DNA of 64,000 bases from the NCBI RefSeq assembly GCF_001949145.1, contig NW_019091358.1, positions 806,961 through 870,960 of the forward strand, written 5' to 3'. Every line of letters begins with the position of its first letter. Positions within the stretch are counted from its first letter, which is position 1. The notes beneath the pieces are model-generated. The model ran no database searches. It saw nothing but the letters and a program-made list of their open reading frames with translations, and was not told where the DNA came from. Both the position numbers and the translations under genes were made by a program. Below are positions 1-12,300 of this stretch, one piece after another. The stretch comes from Acanthaster planci (lineage: Eukaryota).

Positions 1-151
1 TGTGTATGCTCACTGTAAAAACTGAACACTAATGATCACATCTTACCAATGCTTTTAAGATAAGAATGGTACATGTACATACAAGGAACAATGTGTGCCG
101 GTAACTCCTCCATGCATGAACATACTTGTATATGAGTAATTCCACAAATTT

Positions 152-359
152 GGGGTCCTTTTTTTTCCGTGCCCCTGTCACATCTGACATGATTTTGTAA
201 GTTCAGAACACATTTTCTGATTTCCAAGAGTGATGAATCAACGCAAATTACCCGCCAAACAAATTGTAATAGTTAGAAATCAATTCCGGTGATATTCCCA
301 TGTCAACTAACAAAGGCCAGATGTAACAGGGACACAAAAATGTCACACATTTGGACCCC
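152..359. mobile_element. MITE (GGGGTCC..GGACCCC termini, PIF/Harbinger-like), copy 1
   Basis: Terminal inverted repeats; aligns end to end with 38741-38961. Confidence 0.7.
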
Positions 360-369
360 TAATTGCTGG

Positions 370-1030
370 AATTACCCACACGTACACATATGTACACATG
401 TGTACATGTCGTATATACAGTAGTTATGAAGATGTAGGAATTTCTCTGTGTTACGAATAAAATGTTCGGCTGTGTTGGTCTCCTAAAGACAAGGCTAATG
501 GACTTTACAATATGCTCAATATATTATTTAAACTGAAACCACAGATTACTGTAACTGTAGGTCTCAGAAGTATAGCAACATAATAAGCTTCACTGCAAAT
601 TACACGTACATGTACATGTATAAACATGTACTGTACATGTACATGTATAGTAGCTGCACTACATACTGTGCATACACATGTACTGTACTGTACTGTACTG
701 TTATACAAAAGATCAAGCTGTACATGTACTTCTCAGACAGAACAAATTTTTAAAGACTTTTTCAAAAGAAACCTGCGCTACATGTAATTGTAACCACATG
801 TACTGGTACGTACATGTACATGTATGTGCACAGCTACATGTAGGTACATGCACCTGTACATGTGCTCCATTTAAATTAAAACTACATGTACACAGACAAA
901 CCAATGCTGTCAGACTGTGCATGTAGTCTGTAGAGTTCATTTGATACATATACATGTGTACACGTATACATGTATGTCATGTACATGTGAATCATAGACA
1001 GTATTTGTCTACATGTGTGTTGATCTGTAC
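370..1030. repeat. Dense cluster of TACATGTA-type palindromic micro-repeats
   Basis: Many overlapping tacatgta/gtacatgtac units. Confidence 0.8.
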
Positions 1031-4000
1031 AGACTTGCACCACATACATTTACAATACAAGATTAATACTGCCCACGGGAATGCCAGGAACTATAAGTTT
1101 GGGTTCCACTGTTTTCCATCTACCTGCCACATCTGACGTACATATGTTGTAAGTCTAGAAGCCTATTTAACTTTAACAACTTTACATGTAGATTTGCTCA
1201 TGGAGGACTTCCTCCATGATTTGCTCAATGGATGCCTCAAATGAAGTACTGATATTACCTGTGGTGATTTCCTCTCTACACGAAGCAACGACAATGTACT
1301 AGTACATCCTGTGGACAATAATGCACAGGGAATTCTTGAAGAAACGTGATTTCAGTTGTGTTCACTCCTCATTAGAACACACTCGCACTGCACATGTACA
1401 GGTACAATATACCAGTACTTCTGGACAACATGTTTTTTTTACAAGTGGGCAGTATATGCAGCCTTAGGCCACTTTTTACCCTCACTTTTTGGGGATGTAC
1501 ATATAATGTGTGATGTCCATCGCGACTGCATGTGCACGTAGCGCCAGCCGCTACCAAAACTATTATAGACTGGGCCCCACATGTTTAACTGTTTGAAAGC
1601 ATTTTGAGCTTGTGTATGTACACAGGACATAAGACCACCTTGTTCGTCTGGTTTCCAGATGTAAATGTAAAATACAGAAATGACATCATCTGAAAAAGAG
1701 TGCCTGACCAAGTGTATGGGGAACTGAAGGGACTCCTTTACTGTACATATTTTCCAACCATACCCCATCAAAAACACGTTAAAATTAGCAGGATTCCAGT
1801 TGATTAAGCAAGTTTGGCAGCTTTTGGATATCGTTTTATACCAAATAAAAAACCTTTTTTATTTTGCCAATGCGCAGGTCTACGGCGACACACGCACTGA
1901 CCAGAAACCAGAGAGTTTTTGGTTGGCCTTTGTAAGACTTAGCTTCTAATGAGATACGGGGTACATGTAAATGTGTTTTAAAAATTTACATACATACATG
2001 TACAATACATGTATACTGGGTACAAAAGTACATGTTACTTCTTGTTTCAGTTCCATACTCTCAGTACAGATATTCATGTGGATGTAATGACACCAGGAAA
2101 TAACTCTGTCTTATTTGCTGAATCTGCTTTGTAATTTCAAGATAAATATTTTGGAGTGCATCCTGGCCTGGTGTACGTACATGTACATGTACAATACTTG
2201 TAAGTACTGAGATAATAATACATGTAGTGGTCGCAATGCAAACTCTAAATATATCAAAAACTTGTTTCTTTGTTGATTGATTGTTGTGTATTATTTCATT
2301 GCAATACTGCAAGCAAGTCTACTCAGAATGTTTTCAGAGAGCAAAAACGGAGAGAGGATGTAATTTTTCACGTTTTTAATTGTGTCTATTTCCACATCCA
2401 AAGAGGGCCAGGGATAAGGTAAGTGTAAGTTGAGGGCAATTTTAACCCTAACACTCCTCAGTCCTCCAACAGGTGAAGGATTGAGGAGGGTTAGGGTTAA
2501 CAAGATTTTCCATGATTTAAATGTACTCATACAGTACTTGAGATATTTATCACTGGTCTAATACCACGACAGGCTGATGGGTGTGTTGTGCACAAACTCA
2601 AAATACATATAGCTTCACTGTCCGTGTGATGTTAAAAGGATCCGACTGTGGATTTGGTGATGAATTTGTCTCAAAGCACACTTTATTCCCCCCCAAAAAG
2701 AAGAAACATTGAATATCAACAAACCAGTCAGATAGCAATATGCATGTACTGGTACATGTACTTCACGATAACTCCCAAAAGTGAATTTATCAGCTTCAGA
2801 TGGTACAAATGTATGTATAGTTACTGTAGCATGGTCCCATCGGTCCCAAACAGACGGGAGCATCTAAACTACAGGTGTACACATGGTGCTACACTTGGGT
2901 CGATCCAAGTACAAATACATGTACATGTATTGTTCTGTTCATGTACAGTCTAGGGCACAAGTGTGCACTATTACACGAACAGGGTACAAATACATGTACT
3001 ACCGATATACATGTAGCCTGTACGGTGCCATTTGGTTTGTATCAACAACACCTGCTTGTAGAATTTAGTGTTTATTACTCAGGGACATGATCCATATGGA
3101 TAAAATTCAACATCGGCAATATTTGGGACTAATTCTGTCACGGATAAGCCGCAAAAACTTGGAGAAGGTAGAGCACTTTGCGGTAAAAATTTGCCAAATG
3201 CTGTTGGGACCATTCCAACTATATCATGGAAAAGACTGAGAATCTTCTTGTATTGCCATTTACAATGACTCCAACAGTCACGCTTTCTTTTTCTGATTCG
3301 CAGCTCTGGAAGCTCAAAGATCTTTTTGGAGGAAAATTGTTGAGTGGTTTGGTTCCTGTCTTCTAAACGGGTGAAAGTTTGACAAAGTCACAACGATACT
3401 GAAACAGATTATGCCACAGAACAGGGGTGGGATCGGAGAGATTTGAAATATCCACAAAATAATTACCAGAGGGTTTGAGGTCCCCACACCAGCACAAGGT
3501 CTTATGTACATATAGATGTCAGAGATCTCGACTCTTTAACACAACTCAGGGCAACTTGACCGTTGAGACAACTCAACTGGAGGGGCATCTCGACTGTTGT
3601 CCAAGTCATCCGTTAAGGCAAGTCTACTTTGATGTGGAGACAACTTGACCATGAGAGGCATGTACATGGAAAAAAACGTCCGCGGCTAGCACGAGAGCGG
3701 GATATTCAATGACTTGAGTGACGTTGACACATCAGGTTGGGCTTGACATGAATGGAAGTGAGCATGGTGGCACAGCTTTCACGGGGCTGTTGGGCAACTA
3801 GGCAGCATTCGGGACCACCTCACCCATCCCAGCTCGGATTCTGGAGGGGTTGGGGTGTTGTTTCTTTTTGAGGGACTTCCTTTTCAACTTCAAGAAAAGG
3901 TACATGTACATGTCTGTATGGGAGAATTTGCAAGTGAGCAAAGTGGCTGTAAAACGAAGTAGAGATTTCAAATGGTAAGGAAGTTGTTCCAAGCCTGACA

Positions 4001-4908
4001 AGCCACGATAGACGGTGCAAAGACTAACTGACTGTACCCAATAAACATGCCTGAGAAATTCTTCCATTTTTGGTAAATTCCAAATAGGCCTATCAACTGG
4101 TATTACTTCAAATCCTTGTGAGACCCTCCCATCTCGCCTCTGGTGTACAGCCCACAAGGTATCAAAACCTCACGAATCGACTTGTCTCAACGGACCACTT
4201 GTCTCAAAGGACCACTTGTCTCTCCATCTCATGCCCAGATGGTCCAGTTGTCTCAGTGGTTGAGTTGTTCTGATTAGAGTTGGCAAAAGGTCAAGTTATC
4301 TGAGCACCAAGTAACTCCTCCCACATTAATCATTTTAATTCTTATAAATCATGGCATCTGAAATTAAAAAATTTGCAATTTCCAGATGTCATGAACATTA
4401 TTATTGCTGGACAGTGCTGGTTACTTAAGCTGATAACCATGGGTCTGACAGTGTTGAATGTTATCACTTGATCATAGGCCTAACTAATATTGGTTTACAG
4501 TCACTTCGCCCCATTTCCACGTCGCCCCTAACCACTTCCCCCCAAACCACATCGCCCCATCTCCACTTCGTTCATGCTAGAGCGTGTTACAAGCCTCTTC
4601 AAAAAATGGCCGAGAGAGGAGTTCCACAAACGACATCATAATGGAGTTATACATGTACATATACATAAAACTCTAGGGTATTCACTAAATTAATGTCGAC
4701 TGCGTTGTTCATGTTGAATTAATACATATGGTTAAACTACATATACATGTAGCATAGGGTTTGTTTCTCATCCTTTTTAAATTTACTATTTCAAAGCGAT
4801 ACACAATTCTGTACACATCGTTCTGGTAACTGTCAATGTATCCAGACAGCTGTGCCCCAGCGATCGGATAAACCTCGGAGTGCCGCGGCAGGAAATTTTG
4901 TGGGCACA

Positions 4909-4987
4909 TGTTCGTAAGTTTAATTTTCGGTTGTTTTGCTTGTACTTGAAGTACAAGCAAAACAACCGAAAATTAAACTTACGAACA
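4909..4987. repeat. Perfect 79-bp palindrome (39-bp arms, 1-nt centre)
   Basis: 4909-4947 is the exact reverse complement of 4949-4987. Confidence 0.95.
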
Positions 4988-5514
4988 CAGAAAATACACA
5001 CACACTGACAAGATACAAATTCTGTAAATCAACTTTACGAAATCTTGCAGTGAGGTACATGTACGGTCACCGAGGCATGAATAGATTGGTTGCCATGCTC
5101 CATCACGCACTCTCTTGCATGGGTGCGGCGCGGCGTGAACCAGTGCTTTGTGCACGTGCTTTTACCACAGCGACAGTGAAACACAAAGAGAACTTGTGAA
5201 ATTAGCAGAAGTTGCTCTTCAAATGTTGCGATTGTAACTGGGAAAACAAGTAAACGCAAGCGTTATAATGAGAAAAATGTCATTTAGAGGTGTCTGTGAA
5301 GACAGAAAAGACAACAGGATTTATTTATTTGTCTTTCTTATATTCAAATTCCTTTTTTAGGCTTCTTTTTTCGGGAAATCAAAAGCATTGTTTTGGCCTT
5401 TGCAAGTTGGATTCTCCCAAATTCATTTGGTTGCTGAAATGTCGATGTTTTCATTTGTTCCATCTAGGCCCATGCCTCTGTTACTAAATAACAGAGTGAG
5501 TGATAATTGGTGGG

Positions 5515-6295
5515 GCAAAGTGGAAATGGGAGGCAGTGGAAATGAGGCGAAGTGGGGATGTGGCTAAGTGGCAATGGGGCGACATGGTTAGGGGCAAAGT
5601 GGCATGGGGTGAAGTGGCATGGGGAGAAGTGTTATGGGGTGAAGTGGCATGGGGTGAAGTGGCATAGGGTGAAGTGGCATAGGACGAAGTGGAATGGGGC
5701 GAAGTGGCATGGGGAGAAGTGGCATGGGGCGAAGTGGCATGGGGAGAAGNNNNNNNNNNNNNNNNNNNNNNNNNNNNNNNNNNNNNNNNNNNNNNNNNNN
5801 NNNNNNNNNNNNNNNNNNNNNNNNNNNNNNNNNNNNNNNNNNNNNNNNNNNNNNNNNNNNNNNNNNNNNNNNNNNNNNNNNNNNNNNNNNNNNNNNNNNN
5901 NNNNNNNNNNNNNNNNNNNNNNNNNNNNNNNNNNNNNNNNNNNNNNNNNNNNNNNNNNNNNNNNNNNNNNNNNNNNNNNNNNNNNNNNNNNNNNNNNNNN
6001 NNNNNNNNNNNNNNNNNNNNNNNNNNNNNNNNNNNNNNNNNNNNNNNNNNNNNNNNNNNNNNNNNNNNNNNNNNNNNNNNNNNNNNNNNNNNNNNNNNNN
6101 NNNNNNNNNNNNNNNNNNNNNNNNNNNNNNNNNNNNNNNNNNNNNNNNNNNNNNNNNNNNNNNNNNNNNNNGTGGCATGGGGAGAAGTGGCATGGGGAGA
6201 AGTGGCATGGGGTGAAGTGGCATGGGGTGAAGTGGCATGGGGTGAAGTGGCATGGGGAGAAGTGGAAATGGGGCAAAGTGGAAATGGGGCTAAGT
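5515..6295 (+). repeat. 15-bp minisatellite (GAAGTGGCATGGGGH)n spanning an assembly gap
   Basis: Direct tandem units on both sides of N-run 5750-6171. Confidence 0.95.
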
Positions 6296-6741
6296 GACCA
6301 ACACCCTCATGGAGTCCTCTTGCACTATCATTCAATCATGTATGAACATGATAAAATCTCTGAATTTACATGTAGGCCTAGTTACTTCCCTTTCTGGAAA
6401 CAAAATATGACTACACATCAGATTTGAAAATGTGATATTGGCAGAGATGCCATTTCCCATGGCAGAAGTATCGACAAATCAGCAAAAAGTGCAAGAAGAT
6501 TTACAGATCACATACATGTAAATTCGGTAAGTCCCAAGTGATCGCGCAAATGGCATACGCGCAGAGGGACCATTGACCAATTGGGCACAGAACAGACAGG
6601 CAAATGTAGCTTAGGGCTTTCCACCTTACAGATATCACTAATTTTTTCCTGAAGTGGCATCAGAAAAGGATTACGTGCCCTACAGTTCAGATCAGTCTGG
6701 GAGTCAAGTGATGTCTGTTTCGCTTTAGTTTAGTGGTTGTA

Positions 6742-7165
6742 GGTCAACTCGACCGTTTGCCAGCTCGACTCCTGACCAACTCGACTGTTGACCAACTCGA
6801 CTTCAAAGCCGAGTCAACTCGACCATTTACTAACTCAATGAACCCACGAAACCAACTGAAATGCAATCAATAAATGAACTTGTGCCAATGAGATACTCCA
6901 AAATAATTTTTCCAATTTGAGAAGATGCACACACGTACACGCACCCCACTAAATCTGTCACCACACTGTGTGCATGCAGATAACATCACACACAGTAAAG
7001 CGAATTACACGCACGATCCAGAACTAGGAAAAATGCATTCCGTTTGCACGGTCAAGTTGGTCAAGAGTCGAGTTGACCTTTACGGTCGAAGGAATAACGG
7101 TCAAACTGGTCGACGGTCGAGAGTCAAGTTGACTCGAGTCGAGTTGGCAAACGGTCGAGCTGACC
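6742..7165. mobile_element. MITE with long TIRs built of (c)aactcgac subrepeats
   Basis: ggtcaactcgaccgtttgcca at 6742 is inverse to tggcaaacggtcgagctgacc ending 7165; a more degenerate relative lies at ~3520-4305. Confidence 0.75.
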
Positions 7166-9044
7166 TGACACCAGTTTAGGCCTGCGTACGTGTGTATGGA
7201 CATGATGGAACTTCCACCTCTTTCTTTCCATCTCGTCTGTAGTCTTACATCAGGCCTTATTCTCAAGTCAAATAGGTCTAAGGCTTGGCAAGGTTAATAC
7301 ATGTAAATTCTACCTCCATGGTCCAACTGAGTTGGCCTTTGGCCTAAATGAAGAAGTCAAAATATCAACACTACTGCACTGACCGATTGTTGAATTTGGA
7401 CGAAAGCTCCAGACTGGACTAGAAGTACATGTACATGTACTATGTAGTCTAGTATAGTAGTAGACTCGCGCGATCGCGTGGAGCCAGAGGTAAGGCGCCC
7501 TCTCCCTTCGTAGACGAGACGTTCGGAATAGAACAGCCATTTTTCAAACCTGTGCTCCTGTTCGGCAGAGGCTCCTTTTCTTGATTGATAGGTCCCCAGT
7601 GTGCCTGACTTTGGAGATTGCAACTCATATTGACGATTTTTAAGGACAAGAAGTCAACATTGACTTCATGACAACATGACAGTCATTTCATTTGGTCCGA
7701 ACTTTAGCAACTGGGATATGTTTCCGCATTGAGAACAAACTCGCATTTTGAGATGGAGAAAAGGCTCAGCCGTGACTGCCTCATCAATAAAAAAAATAAT
7801 GATAAACAGGCGGGGCAGGGTCGTCTCGAACTGCATCCATTATAATACGAGGAGCAACATGGCCGACCGGTTTTAATCAGCGCTGTTGGTTACATATTTC
7901 GGCAACATCATCAGCTTTTCAGCTGCCATTAAACACCCTTGGTAATACGCTTTCTGTAACAAATTGCTGGTTGATGCGTGTTCCTTTTATCTTTATTAAT
8001 TATTCCGATCAATTATTCATAAATTTATAAAGTGTTTGCGTGAATACACTGATCATAATTGAATTATGATAAATATAATACTCTATATAAAATCAAGTGT
8101 TTACAAATAAAACATGTAAAAATTTGAAGTAAGGCACCCGCGCTATGATAGCATTGAGTATGAGCATTAATTATGACAAAACTGTAAAAGTGCTGTGCCT
8201 TCGCACATTCCTTGTTTTCTAGAGTTTTGTATATGAACGAGTCCAGAACATACACAATTGTAATAATTTTTTTCCCAGTATTTCTGTCCTCCATGGTTCG
8301 TGTAACGGCGTACAGATTTGACTGTTATGCTTCGTCTACAGTGTACATAGATGTCTGATTGATAGTCTTACATAATTATTTGTATTAGTCGCACGTAGGC
8401 CCTAATCTATTTTCCCTCGTTAAAATGTGTGTTTTATGTTTGCGTATTGGATGAATCAGAAATATGAAATACAAAACTTCTCAGTTCAAACTTCGTGCTG
8501 GCGACAGTGTCCTATAACAAAAATCGAAACAGTCGTAGGGTCCAACATTTCGGTCCTATATTGCAGGATCCTTCTCAAAGGTAAAACTTCGTATTTTTCC
8601 CTTTGAGAATGTATTTTCTTCTCTTAAAAGCTGGCGCTTTCATTTTCTTTTAAAAATGGCAACATGCCTCCGTAGATGCAGTTGATGGAGACTTCACTAT
8701 GAAAAGATATTCAAGCATTTTTGTACTCGAGCCATCCACTTGCTTTAAATCAATTCACAACGAGTGAACAATTGGTCCATGGGGGGGGGGGGCTTCTCAT
8801 TCGTCTTTGCCTAAAAAAGGGCTTGCTGTATTCTTTTCAAAATAAAATGTAAACAATTTAATAGAAGCGAACATTAACGGAGGGATGAACAGAATGGTAA
8901 GGGTAAGTATTTTTAGCTGATTCCTATTCAAGCATGGATTCTTTTCATTTCAGCTTGAGAATGCTTTGTTAAACGAGTTAAGCCTGACTACTTTATTCAA
9001 ACACATTCTCTGATTCCCCTAGAGAAACCTCAGATCGGAGTAGC

Positions 9045-9324
9045 ATGTCCTACCTACAGCCGCCGCCGGCACAGCACACCAAGCTGCTGGACAAAATCAG
9101 CCGAGCTTTGACCGATGAGGATGTTCCCAGGTTCAAGAATAGGTGTCTAGCCGAGGGGATACGCCCAGGCGAACTGGAGAGAAAAAGTGTGCTGGAATTG
9201 CTCCAGCTATTGGATCGACGCAGGGTGATTGCTCCAGGAAAGTACGACCACCTTGTACTGCTACTGACTGATATCGACAGGGGTGATTTGGTCCAGGATT
9301 TTTTCACTCCGGAAGGTGAACAGG
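9045..9324 (+). CDS. FADD: FADD coding exon 1 (DED)
   Basis: ATG at 9045 (AGCATG), acceptor ttcccctag at 9022 upstream, RGDL motif, donor CAGG/GTAATG. Confidence 0.85.
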
Positions 9325-12300
9325 GTAATGACAAAATTTTCATGATCACAGGGAATATCTCTTGGGAAACAAGCACGAAAACTGTTTCCATTTCCAGATT
9401 TTGTACCTATCTGCTTGTCAGAATATTTTGAAATTTTAGGTTTTTTAGAATCATTTCAATATAGATGGGAAGGCTTCTTCGATTTTGTGAACGAAAAATA
9501 ATCGAGACCAGGCTACAATGCGTCGCGTCGAAGGAATTCGAAAATAGCCCGTTTCGTAAAAATCCACAACATTTCTCTGGAAAAATTGACTACCTATGGA
9601 ACATTGCAACTAACCAGTCACCTTGGGTTTTACGTTTAAGGCTAGGCCGTATCAAAAAAGGGCAATGATGTCTCTGGGCGATACACGTCATGGCGGCGCC
9701 GCCCATTTAGTAATGGGGTTGAGTTACCGATACTGAGAATTACGCTATTTTTTCTGGTCGTGCCTATAGACCTTTTTCCAGTGATGTCACGATCGTGCTG
9801 GACCTCTGATGTGTTGTGATAGTAATGAGTGCATAGTGTTGTGATGGTAATCTACTTATTCAAGATAAAATAGTCAAGCATGCAGCATTCGCACGTGCGC
9901 TTGCACGTGGTTGAAGCTGCCCGTAGGAATATATATGATTACCATGGCCAGGGCGGTCCACACGTTGTGGTATTGTCTACATAAGCGTGAAAAAGGTCTA
10001 TAGCCTGCAAGAGTTTTCGCACTATGTCTCACGGTTATTAAGAAAATCGAATCTCAGCAGCTAAGCCAAAGATACAGGTACTAGGTTTTCGGTAGCACCA
10101 TGCAAAATAGGCCTATCTCAGTACTCCGGTTCTGTTCAGCGCGGCCAGAACCACGCCTACTCAGTGGCGTATATTCAGCTTTTGGTGCGTGCGTGCTCAT
10201 TCCACCGGGGGGGGGGAGAAAATACATTGCCTATTTATTTGAAAATATTTATACCGATTAGTATCTTTCCTACTCACCTATGAAGTATTCTCAGTTCAAA
10301 AAAAATTAAAATTTTAAAAATCCGGGGGGGGGGAGTTGCCCCCTCCCGTTCAGCATTGGACTAAATGGAACTACCAGTAAAATGACGGAAAATGAGTACA
10401 AAGACAAATCCTGGATAAGGAATGCGCTGTCCATCTGTCCATCTACAGTTAAACCGTGGAGGTAGGAACATGGTTAAACAGTTACATCGATTTCCGGTGG
10501 ATCCAAGATGAGGCCGAACCCGTGAGCGCAAGCTGTTCGTGAACAACACTGTACATGTATACAACAGTGTTGCCCATCAGCCCCTCCCCCCCCCCGTTTT
10601 CTGAAAGCTAGATCCGCCCCTGAGAATATTATTATCTCGTAAGAACGAACTTTGGAAAAAAAACACATCTCTTGGAAACGAAGTAGGAAAGAACACATCT
10701 CATAAAAATGGCTTCGAAAAATATGCTTCACTTAAAAAAAAAAATACACACTGGATGGCACTGCTGTGGCAGGGCTTAACATAAAAAATGTATGCACAAG
10801 TGTACAGTATGAAATACTTCACAGACATAAAACATACTTGGCTACAAAAGTAACGCAAGTTGATAACATGTGGTTTTTTTTAGTATCTATAGCCAATGCT
10901 GTGGTAATATATTTTAATAGCCGTAGTACCATAGTGGATGTATATCTTCAGGCAAAGTTCTTGGGTGATTTGATTCACTGAACCTGAAAATGGTGATCTG
11001 ATAAATTTTCAGTGAATCACATGGTCGTGCTTTGATAGGCTAACTTGCACAGCGTTTGAGTTGTTGTAATTATTGTTCATAGAGTCCAGAACCGAATTTT
11101 TTTCAGCAAACGGACTAAACAGGGGACTGACACGGCTCGAGCCCACACTACTGATGCGGGCATGACAGCAAAGGATGTGGGCTCATCCCTTAGAATCAGA
11201 CATCGTGTAAGAGACACTAGAGGTGTGTCAAATCGGTAGGCCGTAGGCCTCGAGTGGTGACGCCCAGTCAAGATCGGTACATCATCATGCAACTTCGACC
11301 CCATAATGCAGAAAAAGTGTTATTCTCAAAATGGAGGTTGTTCTTGAATGGACATAGCCATTTTTGTTCAGGAAATTGTTTCTGAGCAGCTGCTTCATTA
11401 ATTATGACTGGTGCAGTCAGTTAATGCAAAAGTGCACCGGAGACATGGCTTACTTCAAAGGCTTTTGGCGCAAGGCGAACTTGAACACAAAAAGTAAGCT
11501 CTGGGAAGGAGACGCAAAACAATGATCATGTCGTCAGTGTGGATTGTGTGTTGGATGGACGGCTCATCACTCAGAGAAAAGTGTCCTACACAGATTTCAG
11601 AGGTGTCTCGTTTTGTTCAGTTAATGGTCGTTTTCTTTTATGTTGCACATACTCAGTGGTCTCACTCGAAGTCAGATAGCGAAACAAAAACACGTTTTCC
11701 TAAACTCATCACTGGAAAACTTCATGCAACACATTTTACACCTGACTGTCATCCAACACTTTGCCACAGATCAGACGGGGCTCGCTGTTTGTACTGTTTT
11801 TCACAAGCTCAAATTTCGAGACCTTTCTCTTTATGTATAAGAATTCTGGGTATTAATCATAAAATACTCATTCAGTCCTTCATCTATATGTTCATCATTA
11901 TTACTTATGTTCATTATTTTTGAAAATCGTACTTTAACACACGTAGCCTTATAGTTTAGATAACATTTTCGGAGGGGAAAAGGAGCAAAATAATAACTCC
12001 TGTACCTCGTCCTTAAATTTCACCAAGGACCTGCCCTTTTTTGCATCCCCTCAAGGGTCTGGATCTGCCCTTGCCGTTGTCGCGGTGAACGATTCTTCGA
12101 CTGTACTGTAGAGCACGATAGATCGGGAGGTCTCAGCATCCTGGTCTGGGCTGGTATCACCGCAGATAACCCTACTGATCTGCCGGTCAGCAATGGTTAC
12201 CTCAATGCCCAGAGATTTGATACTGGGATGAAATTTTGGAGCCAGTCGTGAGGCCGTTTCTGAATGGACGCCCAAATATAACCCTGTTTCAACATGACAA

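Larger units (their letters stand above)
4500..6299. mobile_element. Foldback-like element whose inverted arms are 15-bp tandem repeats
   Basis: Left arm gtcacttcgccccattt.. is the inverse of the right end ..aaatggggctaagtgac. A related terminus ggcgaagtgactgtaaa lies at ~14890-14906. Confidence 0.55.

Noticed and set aside
1439..1777. Minus-strand ORF with YGW/GKK words reminiscent of transposases
   Set aside because: The motifs occur in the wrong order and are too short to support a call
5484..6427. Long ORFs (SPHAT/VKWHG repeats)
   Set aside because: Translations of a 15-bp minisatellite and an N-gap; open in many frames on both strands
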